From NCBI RefSeq assembly GCF_001194135.2, contig NC_068989.1, positions 9,594,223-9,658,222 of the forward strand: DNA of 64,000 nt. Reading direction: 5' to 3'. Of the stretch, positions 26,602-37,964 are shown piece after piece. Each line of letters opens with the position of its first letter. Within the stretch, counting starts at the first letter, position 1. The notes under the pieces are model-generated. The model was not told the origin of the DNA. It did not search any database and was given only the letters and a program-made list of their open reading frames with translations. The position numbers were made by a program, and so were the translations under genes. Source of the stretch: Octopus bimaculoides. Its lineage: Eukaryota.

Positions 26602-27280
26602 TTAGCATGCTGGGAGAAATGCTTAGTGGTCTTTTGTCTGTCGCTACATTCTGAGTTCAATTTCCGCCGAGGCTGACTTTGCTTTTCACCCTTTCAGGGT
26701 CGATAAATTGAGTACCAGTGAAACACTGGGGTCAATGTAATCGACTCGTTTCCTCCCCCAAAATTTCAGGCCTTGTGTCTATAGTAGAAAGGATAATAAT
26801 AATAATTATTATTATTAATCGTTAGCATGCTGGGAGAAATGCTTAGTGGTATTTTGTCTGTCACTACGTTCTGAGTTCAAATTCCGCTGAGGTCGACTTT
26901 GCCATTCATCTTTTCGGGGTCGATTGTAATCGACTAGTTCCCTCCCCCAAAATTTCAGGCCTTGTGTCTATAGTAGAAAGGATTATTGTATGGTGACAAG
27001 CTGGAAGAGTCATTAACATAATTGCTTTGCAGCATTCCCCTGTCTCTACGCTCTGTGTTCAAATATCACTGAGGTTGACTTTGCTTTCCACCCATTCGGG
27101 GGCTCGAGAATATAAGTACCCGTTGCACACTGGGACCGATGTAATTCACCGAACCCCTTCCACCAATTTTCAGGTCTTGTGCCCGTAATCAAAAGGATCA
27201 TTATTAACACTGGGTTCAACTTTGCCTTTCATCCTTTTTGGGGTCAATAATAAAATAAGTACCAGTTGAACACTGGGGCC
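26602..27280 (+). mobile_element. Four head-to-tail family C SINE copies/fragments in the last msn intron
   Basis: Repeated ttagcatgctgggagaaatgcttagtgg...ctgagttcaa...gactttgc...ggtcgat units. The first two are nearly identical, with an (ATT)n linker. Confidence 0.85.
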
Positions 27281-27471
27281 AATACAAGGGAGACAACCCC
27301 ATTTGTTCTGTCGTGGAAAAGTAGTCAACTTCAGTATAAATCTTGACAGGGCATAAACTTGTAATATAAAGTTTTAAATTTAAATAATATTCAAATGTCA
27401 ATATTATTGGGTTCTAAGATCATGTAACACAAACTTTCTTTAAGAAGATTCTATTTAACCTTTTTGATACT

Positions 27472-27848
27472 CTTTTACTTGTTTCAGTCATTTGACTGCA
27501 GCCATGCTGGAGCACTGCCTTTAGTCGAGCAAATCGACCCCAGGACTTCTTTGTAAGCCTAGTACTTATTCTATCGGTCTCTTTTTGCCAAACCTCTAAG
27601 TTACGGGGACGTAAACACATCAGCATCTGTTGTTAAGCAATGTTGGGGGGACAAACACAGACACACAAACATGCATATATATATACGACGGGCTTCTTTC
27701 AGTTTCCATCTATCAAATCCACTCACAAGGCTTTGGTCGGCCCGAGGCTATAGTAGAAGACACTTGCCCAAGGTGCTACACAGTGGGACTGAACCCAGAA
27801 CCATGTGGTTGGTAAGCAAGCTACTTACCACACAGCCACTCCTGCGCC
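27472..27848 (-). mobile_element. Complete family A/B SINE inserted in an older piggyBac-like MITE
   Basis: Reverse complement of 10801-11182, flanked by atact (27467-27471 and 27850-27854). Confidence 0.9.
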
Positions 27849-27902
27849 TATACTAAAAAGTATCTAAGACCGCTCTAGGTTTTATGGCACAAACTTCCTG
27901 TT

Positions 27903-28534
27903 TTAACCCTTTTGATACCAATCCGGCTGTAACCGGCTCTGGCTCTGTCATACAAATGTCTTGTTTTCAAATGTTCTGAATTAAAGTCTTCCATCAAACC
28001 TTAGTCACAATTTATGTTCCTAACACTAGCTGAATAATAACTAAGTTATTTTACTAAATTCTTTGCTATATTTAAAATCAATTGAAAGAAAAATGGAGCA
28101 TTTCAACAGAAATATGGTAACAAAACGGTTAAAATGTATAATAAAGAAACAATTCTTAACTCTTTTGATACCAACCCAGCTGAAACCGCCTCTGGCTCTG
28201 TAGCACAAATGTCTTGTTTTCATAAATTTTGAATTAAAATCTTCCACCAAATCTTAGTTATCATGAAGCTAGCATTGGGAACATAAATTGCGACTAAGTT
28301 ATTTTACTAAATTCTTTGTTATATTTAAAATTAATTGAAAGAAACACAGAACATCTCAACAAAGGTTAGAGTGATATAAAAATTAAAACTTGCTATCAAA
28401 ATTTCTTGTTAATTCATGTTCCACACTTAAGATTAACAATAACAAAGTTATTTCATTAAATTATTCATTGTTTTCTAAATTAATTGAAAGGAAAGCTGTG
28501 TGGTTCAAGAGAAAAATGGTAACAAAAGGGTTAA
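27903..28534. mobile_element. Three adjacent piggyBac-like MITE copies (TTAA ends); related fragments at ~8010-8130 and ~50810-50870
   Basis: ttaa|cccttttgatacc ... ggtaacaaaa(c/g)gg|ttaa termini with the same internal sequence repeated. Confidence 0.8.
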
Positions 28535-28579
28535 AAGAATTAACACTGGATTCTTAAAAAATAGCAACAAAATATTTAC

Positions 28580-28719
28580 CTTATCATTGCGTTCACACAA
28601 AAATTTGAGTTTTTGGGCTTTTTTGTGCATAAAAACTCCATTCAAGTGACCCGTGTCTGCTGCTCTGATCTCAATAGCTTTATTTCCCCAACCCATGATC
28701 TGACCAGTACTGATGTAGG
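28580..28719 (-). CDS. msn: msn/MAP4K4/TNIK CNH-domain exon ([47 protein letters not shown])
   Basis: T-rich tract + ctatttcag acceptor and AAG|gtaaat donor. 140 bp, phase 1 to 0. Partly seen in ORF 28505..28696. Contains the family hallmark MGWG.KAIEIR...[21 protein letters not shown]. Confidence 0.97.
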
Positions 28720-28812
28720 CTGAAATAGTTAAAAAAAAAAAAGAATAGAATTATATGGGGAGTCGTTGCAACCACTGTCAGTACAGGCACACATCTATAT
28801 TCTGGAATAGAT

Positions 28813-28953
28813 ACATTATTTACATTTGACGGATATTTCTCCTCATCTTGTTTGTTGTTAACACAACGTTTCGGCTGATATACCCTCCAGCCTTCGTCAG
28901 GAGAAATATCCGTCAAATGTAAATAATTCCTCATCTCTTAAATATAGAACTGT
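28813..28953. mobile_element. 5'-truncated, inverted Penelope-type tail insertion with 12-bp TSD
   Basis: Inverted tail (28813-28900) fused to the direct tail end (...cctcatctcttaaatatagaactgt). tctggaatagat is duplicated at 28801-28812 and 28958-28969. Confidence 0.85.
28861..28903 (-). ncRNA. Minimal hammerhead motif, intact core, on the msn sense strand
   Basis: Minus strand: ctc-CTGACGA-a-ggctg(gagggtatat)cagcc-GAAA-c-GTT-gtgt. Helix I is weakened by the inversion junction. Confidence 0.75.
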
Positions 28954-29424
28954 ATTATCTGGAATAGATGTCAGTGAAATGGTCACCTTATCAGGCAAAC
29001 CTTTCAAAGGAACATCAGTTATTTCATCAGATGTTGTGACTGCTCACAGTTTTACTCGTGTTAAATATGAAAAGAAACACTGGACTTTAAAAAACAATCA
29101 AAGGGAGAAAAATTAAAAAAAGAAATATGAAAAAAATAAAATAAAACAAACAGAAGCTGCAGTGGGTATTTGTTGTATTGCAGTAGAAACAGAGAGAGAG
29201 AGAGAGAGAGTGTGTGTGTGTGTGTGTCAGAGGCATAGTCAGGTTCTAAAGTTAGGGGGAATGACCACGCAAGAAAAAAATGCTGTGACACATACTAAAC
29301 AGTTTTTAATTCAGTTCTCTTATATTATGCAAAATATTTCATTAGTTAATAATATATGTAATTGTATTCTACATTCATTAATTTCATGTTTTAGTAACAA
29401 TGCCATTATGTATGAAACTTATAA

Positions 29425-29863
29425 CTCTTTACTCTTTTACTTGTTTCAGTCATTTGACTGTGGTCATGCTGGAGCACCGCCTTTAGTTGAGCGCAAATCG
29501 ACCCCAGGACTTCTTCTTTGTAAGCTTAGTACTTATTCTATCGATCTCTTTTGCCGAACCGCTAAATTATGGGGACGTAAACACACCAGCATTGGTTGTC
29601 AAGTGATGCTGGGGGGACAAACACACACATACAACCCATGCTAGCATGGAAAGTGGACGTTAAACGATGATGATGATATATATATATATATATATATATA
29701 CGACGGGCTTCTTTCAGTTTCCGTCTATCAAATCTACTCACAAGGCTTTGGTCGGCCCGAGGCTATAGTAGAAGACACTTACCCAAGGTGCCACGCAGTG
29801 GGACTGAACCCGGAACCATGTGGTTGGTAAGCAAGCTACTTACCACACAGCCACTCCTGTGCG
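29425..29863 (-). mobile_element. Complete family A/B SINE with a short family D tail inserted at ~29630-29680
   Basis: Reverse complement of the A/B consensus. aacccatgctagcatggaaagtggacgttaaacgatgatgatgat lies in the linker. Confidence 0.9.
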
Positions 29864-31116
29864 TAATAAATTATTTCAAAATATCACTGTTTGATTTGAC
29901 TTCATTATTACAACAACCAATGAATGGAGAGAATGTTAGAAAACTGTGAGATGGCTTTTTCTGAATGAACCAAGCCCTTAAAATAATTATCAACAATTCC
30001 CTATTAGAAAAAGAACTTCATGTTTTACATACAACTTACTAAACAACCTGGTAAACATACATATATATACACACACATGCATGCACAGACACACGTTCAT
30101 GTACATACTTAATTTTATATAAATATCACAACCTTCTCTTATTCCCTGTTTCCTTGTCCCCACACATTTGGTTGCTCACACATCCATGTAAACAACATTT
30201 GAATTATTACAATCCTCAACAACTACTACTACAACCTCTGCTGCTGCTACTACTATTACTACCATTACTGCTACTAACACCTATCTAAATCAGTCAGTGA
30301 TGCATAAATATATATGATTGTGTTGTTGGAAGAAATAACAGGATTTTTATTTTTAATATTAGTGAACTGGAAAAACCAAAATACCAAGATGAACAACCAC
30401 AACACATGAACAAAAAAAAAGCAACTTCTCATAAAAAGACATATACACACCTTCCTACAACTACAGCCATCACCACCACCAACTACAACAACATCACCAC
30501 TACATTCCTATGAGAATGAGTAAATTATTGATATGTCACTGTGAATGAGTTCATTATCTCAGACGAAGAAAAAAGAGAAAAAGTTGCCAGTTTCCGTCCC
30601 AAAACTATGTCAGCATCATTTCTGCTTTTGCAACTGTTGTTAAGATCAATAGGGTTCGTTTGGAATGCCATCACAGAACTTTCACTTTCTTTATATTTTC
30701 TTACAACACACACACATTCTCTCTCTCTTTCTCTCCCTCTCCTCCCACATCTCTCACCTTCAAATTTTAATAATTTACTTTTTGTTTATTACTTTATTTC
30801 CCTTTTTAAAATTTTTTGCACATAATTATAGAAAACTTGGTTCTTTTAGAGAAAAACAAATCAAATTTTAAGGCTGCCTTAACTCTGATATCATTTTTAT
30901 GTTATCCGAGAAAATGAAGATGTTGCTACTACTATCACTACTACTGATGATGAAGTTGATAATAATAATAATAATAATAATAATAATAGATGAAGATGTA
31001 CTGGGTTGAGGTGACAATAGGCTCTAATTGAAATGAAGCCAGTCAAAAAACATGTTGAATCCTGATAGGAAGAGTTGATGAGAGGCTGGATAAGGTAGCA
31101 TAAAAATTACATGGCC

Positions 31117-31153
<37 letters not shown>

Positions 31154-31779
31154 TATGTATAATATATATATATGTAGATAGATGGAGAGATGTAACTATG
31201 GTTCTGGTGGGCGAGATGATAAAGTCTATGACGGCGACAAGGACAGAGAAGGGAAATAAAGGAATAATGAATACAATGGAAGAGAAAAAATAAAGAAGGA
31301 AAAATAATGATGAAAGTTCAAAGAGGAAAAGATGGGAGTTGTGTGTAGAGGCAGAAAAGGGAAGAAACCCAACAAGGTGGGGAAAAGCTTGCAATACAAA
31401 CTTGTAAGTAATGAGGATGACATAACAAGAACTTAATATGTGTTCCATCAAAGTGGTCTCGAATGCCTCAAGACTTACAGCAAATTGAAGTGAATGGTGT
31501 AAACCCCCCCCCCCTTTTTTTATTCTTCTTGGTTTGATTTCCATTCCCAGTGGAAACCACATAGTTTATAATACTTATTCGATCCCCCGCTCAAAAAGGG
31601 TATTAAAAATCACAGTATTTGCCCTGCTATATATATTTATATATATAAACGAAAAAAAATAAAAAGACTCTCACCTCCTTCTCTCATCCTGGCCAGGATT
31701 GAACCCAGGACAGGACAGTTCAGAATGTCCCCCTCAGCCAGTTCATCTACACTCACCTTTACCTACTAGTCTACCGGTA

Positions 31780-31950
31780 TGTAAAAAGCACCTACTACAC
31801 TCTTGGAGTGGTTGGCATTAAGAAGGGCATCCAGCTGCAGGAACCTTGCCAGATCAAATTGAAGCCTGGTGCAGCCAACTGGCTTGCCAGTCCTCAGTCC
31901 GTCCAACCCATGCCAGCATGGAAAGCGGATGCTAAACGATGATGATGATA
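31780..31950 (+). mobile_element. RTE-type tail repeat (family D) ending in (GAT)n
   Basis: gtaaaaagcacctactacactcttggagtggttggcattaagaagggcatccagctg...aaacgatgatgatgat. Confidence 0.85.
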
Positions 31951-31997
31951 TATATATGTAAATGTTTTCCAAAATAAAAATGCACTTTATGTTTGCT

Positions 31998-32076
31998 GCT
32001 CTGATGAAGCTATATGGTGATACTCAAGCACTTGACTATGAGTGCATTGCATCTTATAGCAGAAACACCTGTAAGC
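31998..32076 (+). ncRNA. Type I hammerhead motif with intact core and extended helix II, in a repeat tail ending in (TA)n
   Basis: gct-CTGATGA-a-gctata(...40 nt...)tatagc-a-GAAA-c(acct)GTA-agc. Confidence 0.7.
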
Positions 32077-32132
32077 TAAAGAAGTTAATAACCTAATTAT
32101 TTACTCCTTTGTCATCCAAATTTCTTTATATA

Positions 32133-32183
<51 letters not shown>

Positions 32184-32430
32184 GCAGAAAAAGAAGTGGG
32201 GAGAGAGAAATTATATATACATGTATGTGTGAGTGTAGAAGGTATCCATCAGTCACCATAGATCTGGCCCAGGAAAGTCTTGCCTTGGTCGTGTTGGTAC
32301 AACAGTATGTCCTGTGACCAGCATGTGTGTGTCTGTCTGTGTGTATACACATACACACACACATACATACATATATTCAGCCTTTCATATTATCTACACA
32401 CATACACACAAGGGATAGAAATACAAATTC

Positions 32431-32900
32431 TTCTGACTGGGTAACAGAGATGGAGTAGGTCGGGCTGGCAATATTGCTTGCAGAGAAATGGATAGATAAG
32501 ATAATTGAGGGAACCAGCATGTGATAGGATAATTAAGATCAGGTGAGTCTTGGATAGCATGACAGTGACATTTATCTCTTATGCATCAAAGTCAGGTCAG
32601 TAGATGAAGAGAAGACCATTTTTATGAGATTCTTCTGGAGACTACTTCCAAAATGAATGACAGCAAACCCATTTTCATAACTAACAATTTTAACGAACAT
32701 GCTGGACATTAACGAGCACTCTGCTTGCAAAATGGTCCTTACGTTGATGGTACAGAAAATAAGGAAAGATCAGTATTCCTGAATTTCTGTGATGCAAACG
32801 ATCCTACCATCTGCCACATCAGTTTCAAGAAACTGGCTAGTCAGCTGGGTGATTACCGAAGCCATACAGGCTTTGCACCAAACAGGATCAGGAAAAGGGA
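32431..32900 (+). mobile_element. Degenerate RTE-clade LINE apurinic-endonuclease fragment
   Basis: Piecewise translation: GLAILLAEKWIDKIIE...DRIIKIR...FYEILLE...NNFNEHAG...FLNFCDANDPTICHISFKKLASQL, typical of RTE APE domains. Confidence 0.8.
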
Positions 32901-33074
32901 TTAGTAGTTGCTTGTAAATACTAAGATTATCTTAGGTAGAGAATGTAGCAACCGATACAGACCAGTGGTTAGTGGCTTCAGAATAACAGCTAGATGGGTC
33001 AAAAGGCAGAAGAAAGCAAGCCTTTCTTGTTATTTTCCTGTCTTGCAATTTAATCAGCAACCTCAGTAGTGCCC

Positions 33075-33245
33075 ATGGCATGAGGAAAGTAGCCAGTATA
33101 CACCGTAAAAGTAGTTGGGGCATTAAGAAGGGCATCCAGTTGTAGTGACCATGTCAAAATTAACATTGGAGCATGACACAGCCCTTTGGCTGTGGGATCT
33201 TGTCAAACCATCCAACCCATGGTGATGATGATGATGATGATGATG
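33075..33245 (+). mobile_element. RTE-type 3' tail (family D) ending in (GAT)n, co-oriented with the APE fragment
   Basis: ggcattaagaagggcatccagttgtag...aaaccatccaacccatggtgatgatgatgat. Confidence 0.75.
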
Positions 33246-33454
33246 ACCAAAGCTGACAAGAAGGTTGAAAGTGGTAGGACAAATATAAAGTCAGATGTAT
33301 TAACTGACACACATGACAAAACAGGAGATAATTGGGTGGTTCCGTAGGACAACCTACCGAGGGTAACAGGCCAAATCTGTAAACGGAGCAAGGTGCCAAC
33401 CAAAAAGAGAGGTAACATAGCTGTGGAACAATTCCATAGATAAAGCCAGAGGAT

Positions 33455-33894
33455 GTGCAGATTAATTACCATTCGGTTCAGTCTATTATCACTGAAGATT
33501 AGGGTATGAGACACATGTCTGCCAAGTTTGTGCCAAAACTGATTTCAGTTGACCAAAAGGACACTCGGGGTTTCAGTTGCACAAGATCTCCTTGATCGTA
33601 TCAAGAACAATGAAAACTTTGTGCATGCCTCTGAGCAAGAATCACCAAGCTTTTGGCAAAATCTGATGCAGATTCTGTGCTCAACTTCCTCTGTCGTTGT
33701 CAATGCAATGATCACACGCTACACACCTTCCTTCCAAGCACTGCTGTAAACAGCGGAAGTGAGCTACAATGTTAAAACTTACTGCGCATGCACAGCAGAG
33801 GTCAAGGTCAATCCATGCCAAGCGACTTCCCCTCTGCATATTTTAGCTTTGTTACTATGGCAACAGTTCGGATATTTATTGATCAGATCATGTA
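33455..33894. mobile_element. Rearranged mariner remnant: internal transposase piece on + joined to the 5' end (TIR + N-terminus) on -
   Basis: Plus 33470-33620 reads SVQSIITED*GMRHMSAKFVPKLISVDQKDTR/VSVAQDLLD. Minus 33697-33620 reads TEEVEHRICIRFCQKLGDSCSEA. TIR-like TA|catgatctgatcaataaatatccgaact ends at 33892. Confidence 0.8.
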
Positions 33895-35149
33895 TTCCGA
33901 TATTCTATCATCAATGCAGAGAACTAGGTTGAGATCCCAAAGATACAAGTATACACATATGTACGTAAATATACAGTTGAAAATAGATGCTAGCCTGTAG
34001 CAGTAGTAGTAGTAAACATGAAGAGCATTGAAAATACAATAAAAGAGTAATTGCAGTAGTGATAGCAACGACGACAAGGATTGAAAACAAGAAAAGGGAA
34101 ATAAAAAATTTAAAAATTAAAAAAAAAACAGAGAAAGTGTGAGTAGTAGAATAGAGGTCAGGAGAAAAGATGAGAAGAATTACAGCAAAAAAGAACAATG
34201 TATAAAGTTTGTCATAATAATAATGATGATAACGATAATAATGATAAAATGAAAAGAAAGATAAGAGAAAATTTATGTAAAACAAATGGATGTAAGATAA
34301 CTTGATTGCAAAAAAAACAAACAAAAATATTCTGAAAAATAAGAAAGTGTGCATATGTATGCATGTATGTGTGTGTGTGTGAGTATACATGTGAAATTGT
34401 GTGTGATGTGTATATGTATGTATGTATATATGCATACATGTATACAAACGCGCATGCATATGTACATACGCATTACACAGTTGTATGAATTTATGAGTAT
34501 TATTTGTGTGTGTGTGTGTATAATTTATGCATAACATGTATACATTTATACGTTTATGCATCTGTATGTTTAAGAGAAAACGAAAGAGAGAATGCTATAT
34601 TTTTAGTTTGAGAATAAATAATTAGAGTTAAATGAAGGGTGGAGTGGGGGGAGAAATGAGAGAGAAAGAGAGAATGTGTGTGTGTGTGTGTGTGTGCTGG
34701 TTGGATGTAGCAGCTGTGTTCACTGGAGAGCAATCAATATCCTATAATTGTCAATCAATTTAAATCATAATAGTCTTAATTATTGTTAGTAATTGATGGA
34801 GTGTGGGGGGGGGAGGGGGAGGAAATTCTGTTATTTCCTGTCTTTGGTGAGGCATAAACGAGAGAGTAAGCTGGGGCGAGAGAGAGAGAGAGAGTAGAAA
34901 ATAGTGAGGTAGAAAGGGAGAAGAGAGCAAAAACATTAATGTGTGTGTGTTGTGTTTGGACATAGAAACAAATGAAACGGTACTCAACGCATGTGGTTTG
35001 TTTATTGATTTGAAACCAATCATTCATTCAACTGTTACTCTGAGTTTCTCATTTTGTGTGTATCGGTTCATGCAACAAGAATATGAATGTATAAACATAT
35101 ATATAAATCTAGAATTCAAAATCATGATACAGGTATGAAGAGGTTCCCT

Positions 35150-35410
35150 TCCCGGGGTAAAAAGTCTGGGCAGAAAAATCGCCTCACCAGCGAATGCACA
35201 ACCTAGGGTTGTTTTCATGGAAGACCAGCAGTCACCCTTGCATACCAGCCTCCCCTCTTCATGCCACCGATGTTATCCAAGAGAAGGTCAAAGGCTGATA
35301 CAGCTTGGCACCAGTGACATCGCAACTCATTTCTACAGCTGAGTGAAACTGGAGGAATGTGAAATAAAGTGTCTTGCCCAAGAACACAACACGCAGCCCG
35401 GTCCAAGGTA
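35150..35410 (-). mobile_element. Family F SINE body
   Basis: cagctgagtgaaactggag...aaataaagtgtcttgcccaagaacacaacacgc is the reverse complement of the F core at 13400-13460. Confidence 0.75.
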
Positions 35411-35644
35411 CAATAATCCCTTGTCTATTGTGGGTGTTATGTTCCAAAATACCCCCACAATCAGTGAAAATCCACAATGTAGAAACAATACTGCCCTGTA
35501 TATTTTTACAAATTATTTTTATAATTTGTATCATCATCATCGTTTAATGTCTGCTTTTCAGGCTTTTTTCAGTTTCCGTCAACCAAATCCACTCGCAAGG
35601 CTTTGGTCAGTTTTTGGCTTTATATATATAAAGAGAGAGAGAGA

Positions 35645-35860
35645 GGGTGTGGCGAGCTGGCAGAATTTTTAGCACACTGGACAAAATGCTTTGTGATATT
35701 TCATCTGTCTTCACATTCTGAGTTCAAATGCCACCAAAGTCGACTTTACTTCTCATCCTTTCAAGGTCAATAAAATAAGTACCAGTTGAACACTGGGGTT
35801 GAAGTAATCTACTTATTCTCACCCCCAAAATTGCTGGCTCAGTGCCAAAATTTTAAACCA
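35645..35860 (+). mobile_element. Family C SINE
   Basis: ggcgagctggcagaa...ctgagttcaaat...gtcgacttt...catcctttcaaggtcaataaaataagtaccag. Confidence 0.85.
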
Positions 35861-36074
35861 ATATGAGAGAGAGAAAGAGAGAGATGTAATTCAAGGTTTT
35901 AGGAATGAAATGACATTAATTTGAGTAAAATAGAAGAAAGATGGGTAAGTCAGGAGGTGATGTAAACTGTCTGTATGTGTGTAAGATAATGAGCAAACAA
36001 AGGTTGTTGTCAGGTGGAAGAGGTTATATGAGGGGTCGTCAGTTTTGGATTGTAATAGATGTAAACATACTTAC

Positions 36075-36155
36075 CAACAGATGTAGGGAGTTCACCCCAT
36101 TGTAGAACAACATTTTTTGTAATCTTGCCACTAGTGTTCACATAAACTCCTTCAT
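36075..36155 (-). CDS. msn: msn/MAP4K4/TNIK CNH-domain exon ([28 protein letters not shown])
   Basis: Pyrimidine tract + cag acceptor (36156-36158) and gtaagt donor (36069-36074). 81 bp, phase 1-1, in frame with neighbouring exons. Matches the conserved EGVYVNT.G.I.K.VVLQWGE.PTSV. Confidence 0.96.
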
Positions 36156-37602
36156 CTGGAGAGAGACAGAAAGAAAGAGATGAATTTAGATATATGCTGA
36201 CCTTACAAAGAAATGTTCAGACATTTACCCACAAGGCTCCAGCATGGCAATAACCATAATGCTTTAAACCAAATAAAGAAAACATATACACACAAATCAG
36301 ATTGGGTCAAGTTGTAAATACAATCTGAGTTCAAATTTGCTGAAGATATTGTGTTTAAGACTTATTAAACTGTAGATGCCCTGGTTCTTGTAGTTGTGAT
36401 GCAAAAGTTACCTGATATTTGAGAGGGCTTTTGAGGTTTCAAGCTTATCAAATATAAAGGGAAACTAATGCAATGTTGTATTCGTCCTCAAAAACTTCTA
36501 TAGGGGATTTATATTTACAGTGCTGCATACAGGTGTGTGCGTTTTATCACCCTCTGCAGAGTATATCCGAGTAGCATAACAAATTCTTTAGTATCCTTGC
36601 TGATGCACTAAAACTATAATCAACGGTGCCAATGCAATAGAAATCAACACCAAGTTGCATATTGTCCTCTCTATAAGGAAGAGGAGAAAGAATTCAGGAA
36701 CATGAACAAAGGGAAGCTGAGATGCCAACTTCTGAACAATAGGAAGATGGATTTAAGACAATCAATTGGGTTCCCAAACCATATGGCAATAATGCAGCTT
36801 TGCTATCATCTGGCAATGGTCTCACTTGACAAAGAAATTACGGTCGTTGAACTGACAAAGCCTTGACAAATGAAAGAAAGAGCTTAAAACATGAAGGTCT
36901 TCAAGAATTGTGTGAGGCACGAGGATGGTAGTGTAAGGTGCTTCCAATAGTGGAGGAATGCCATAAGTTTGTAGTGAGAGCAGGGATTCACTGACTGATG
37001 AGGGAAGCAGGAAGAATGCTTGGACATGTGAGAAAAAGACCAAACTTAACAGCAACAAATAAATCATGTACAGGTAGTAAATTAAAATAGATGCTACATG
37101 GTTAGAGCGATTACAACAGCATCTGGTATGGTTTGGTGTGCTAGAGTTGGCCAAAAGATTTCCTTGGTAGCATCAATGTGCCTTGGCACAGATGGAGTGA
37201 TACTTTTGGAAGGTGCCAAAATTATAGTGATCTCTAATCAACAGCTGTTGATGGGGGGGGGGGATACACACTTACCTTACACTAAAACAAAGTTCAGGTT
37301 ATAACCTGACAAGAGAACATGCACATGATTAATTCCAAATATATCTTCAGATATACCAACAGATATACTAAGTAACCATGCATGGTTCTAAGTACTTCAA
37401 AAGTAAACTAGTTCTAACCAGGCCAAAACTGTGTTCCTTCATTTATCTGGCCACTTCTTTTATTTATATGAGTTATCACTCCACAAACTTTTATTTCAAT
37501 GCAAAACTGAATACATCTTATAGAAACTACACAAGTATATATACATGTAGATGTGTGTATGCACACACAAAAACGAGAAAAACATTCACCGTCAACCACG
37601 AG

Positions 37603-37964
37603 CAGTAGCGTAACGGGGGAGGGGGCACATCAAAAGCAAGAAAGATGAGACTTTAAACAATTGTATATTTGTTTTTTGTTTTTTTTACATCTCATTTCAC
37701 ACTTTAGGTTTTTTAATGTTTTAATCAGAGAAGGCTTAAAATAAGGAGATTTCGTAAAAGGAAACATTCAAAGAATATACTTTGAATTACAGGCTGTACC
37801 GAACCAGCAGGTAAATGAACCCTGGTAAAGTAATTATTCCTAAATTATTGCTTTAAAGCATTAATTACTTGTAACAAATAAGTACTGTATAATATTGTGA
37901 ATTTTGCAATGGGGTGCGTTTTTGCAGCTTGCCCTGGGCGTGGTTTACCCTAGCTACGCCGCTG
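37603..37964. mobile_element. MITE-like element with short TIRs
   Basis: cagtagcgtaac ... gctacgccgctg imperfect inverted ends. No TSD recognisable. Confidence 0.5.
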
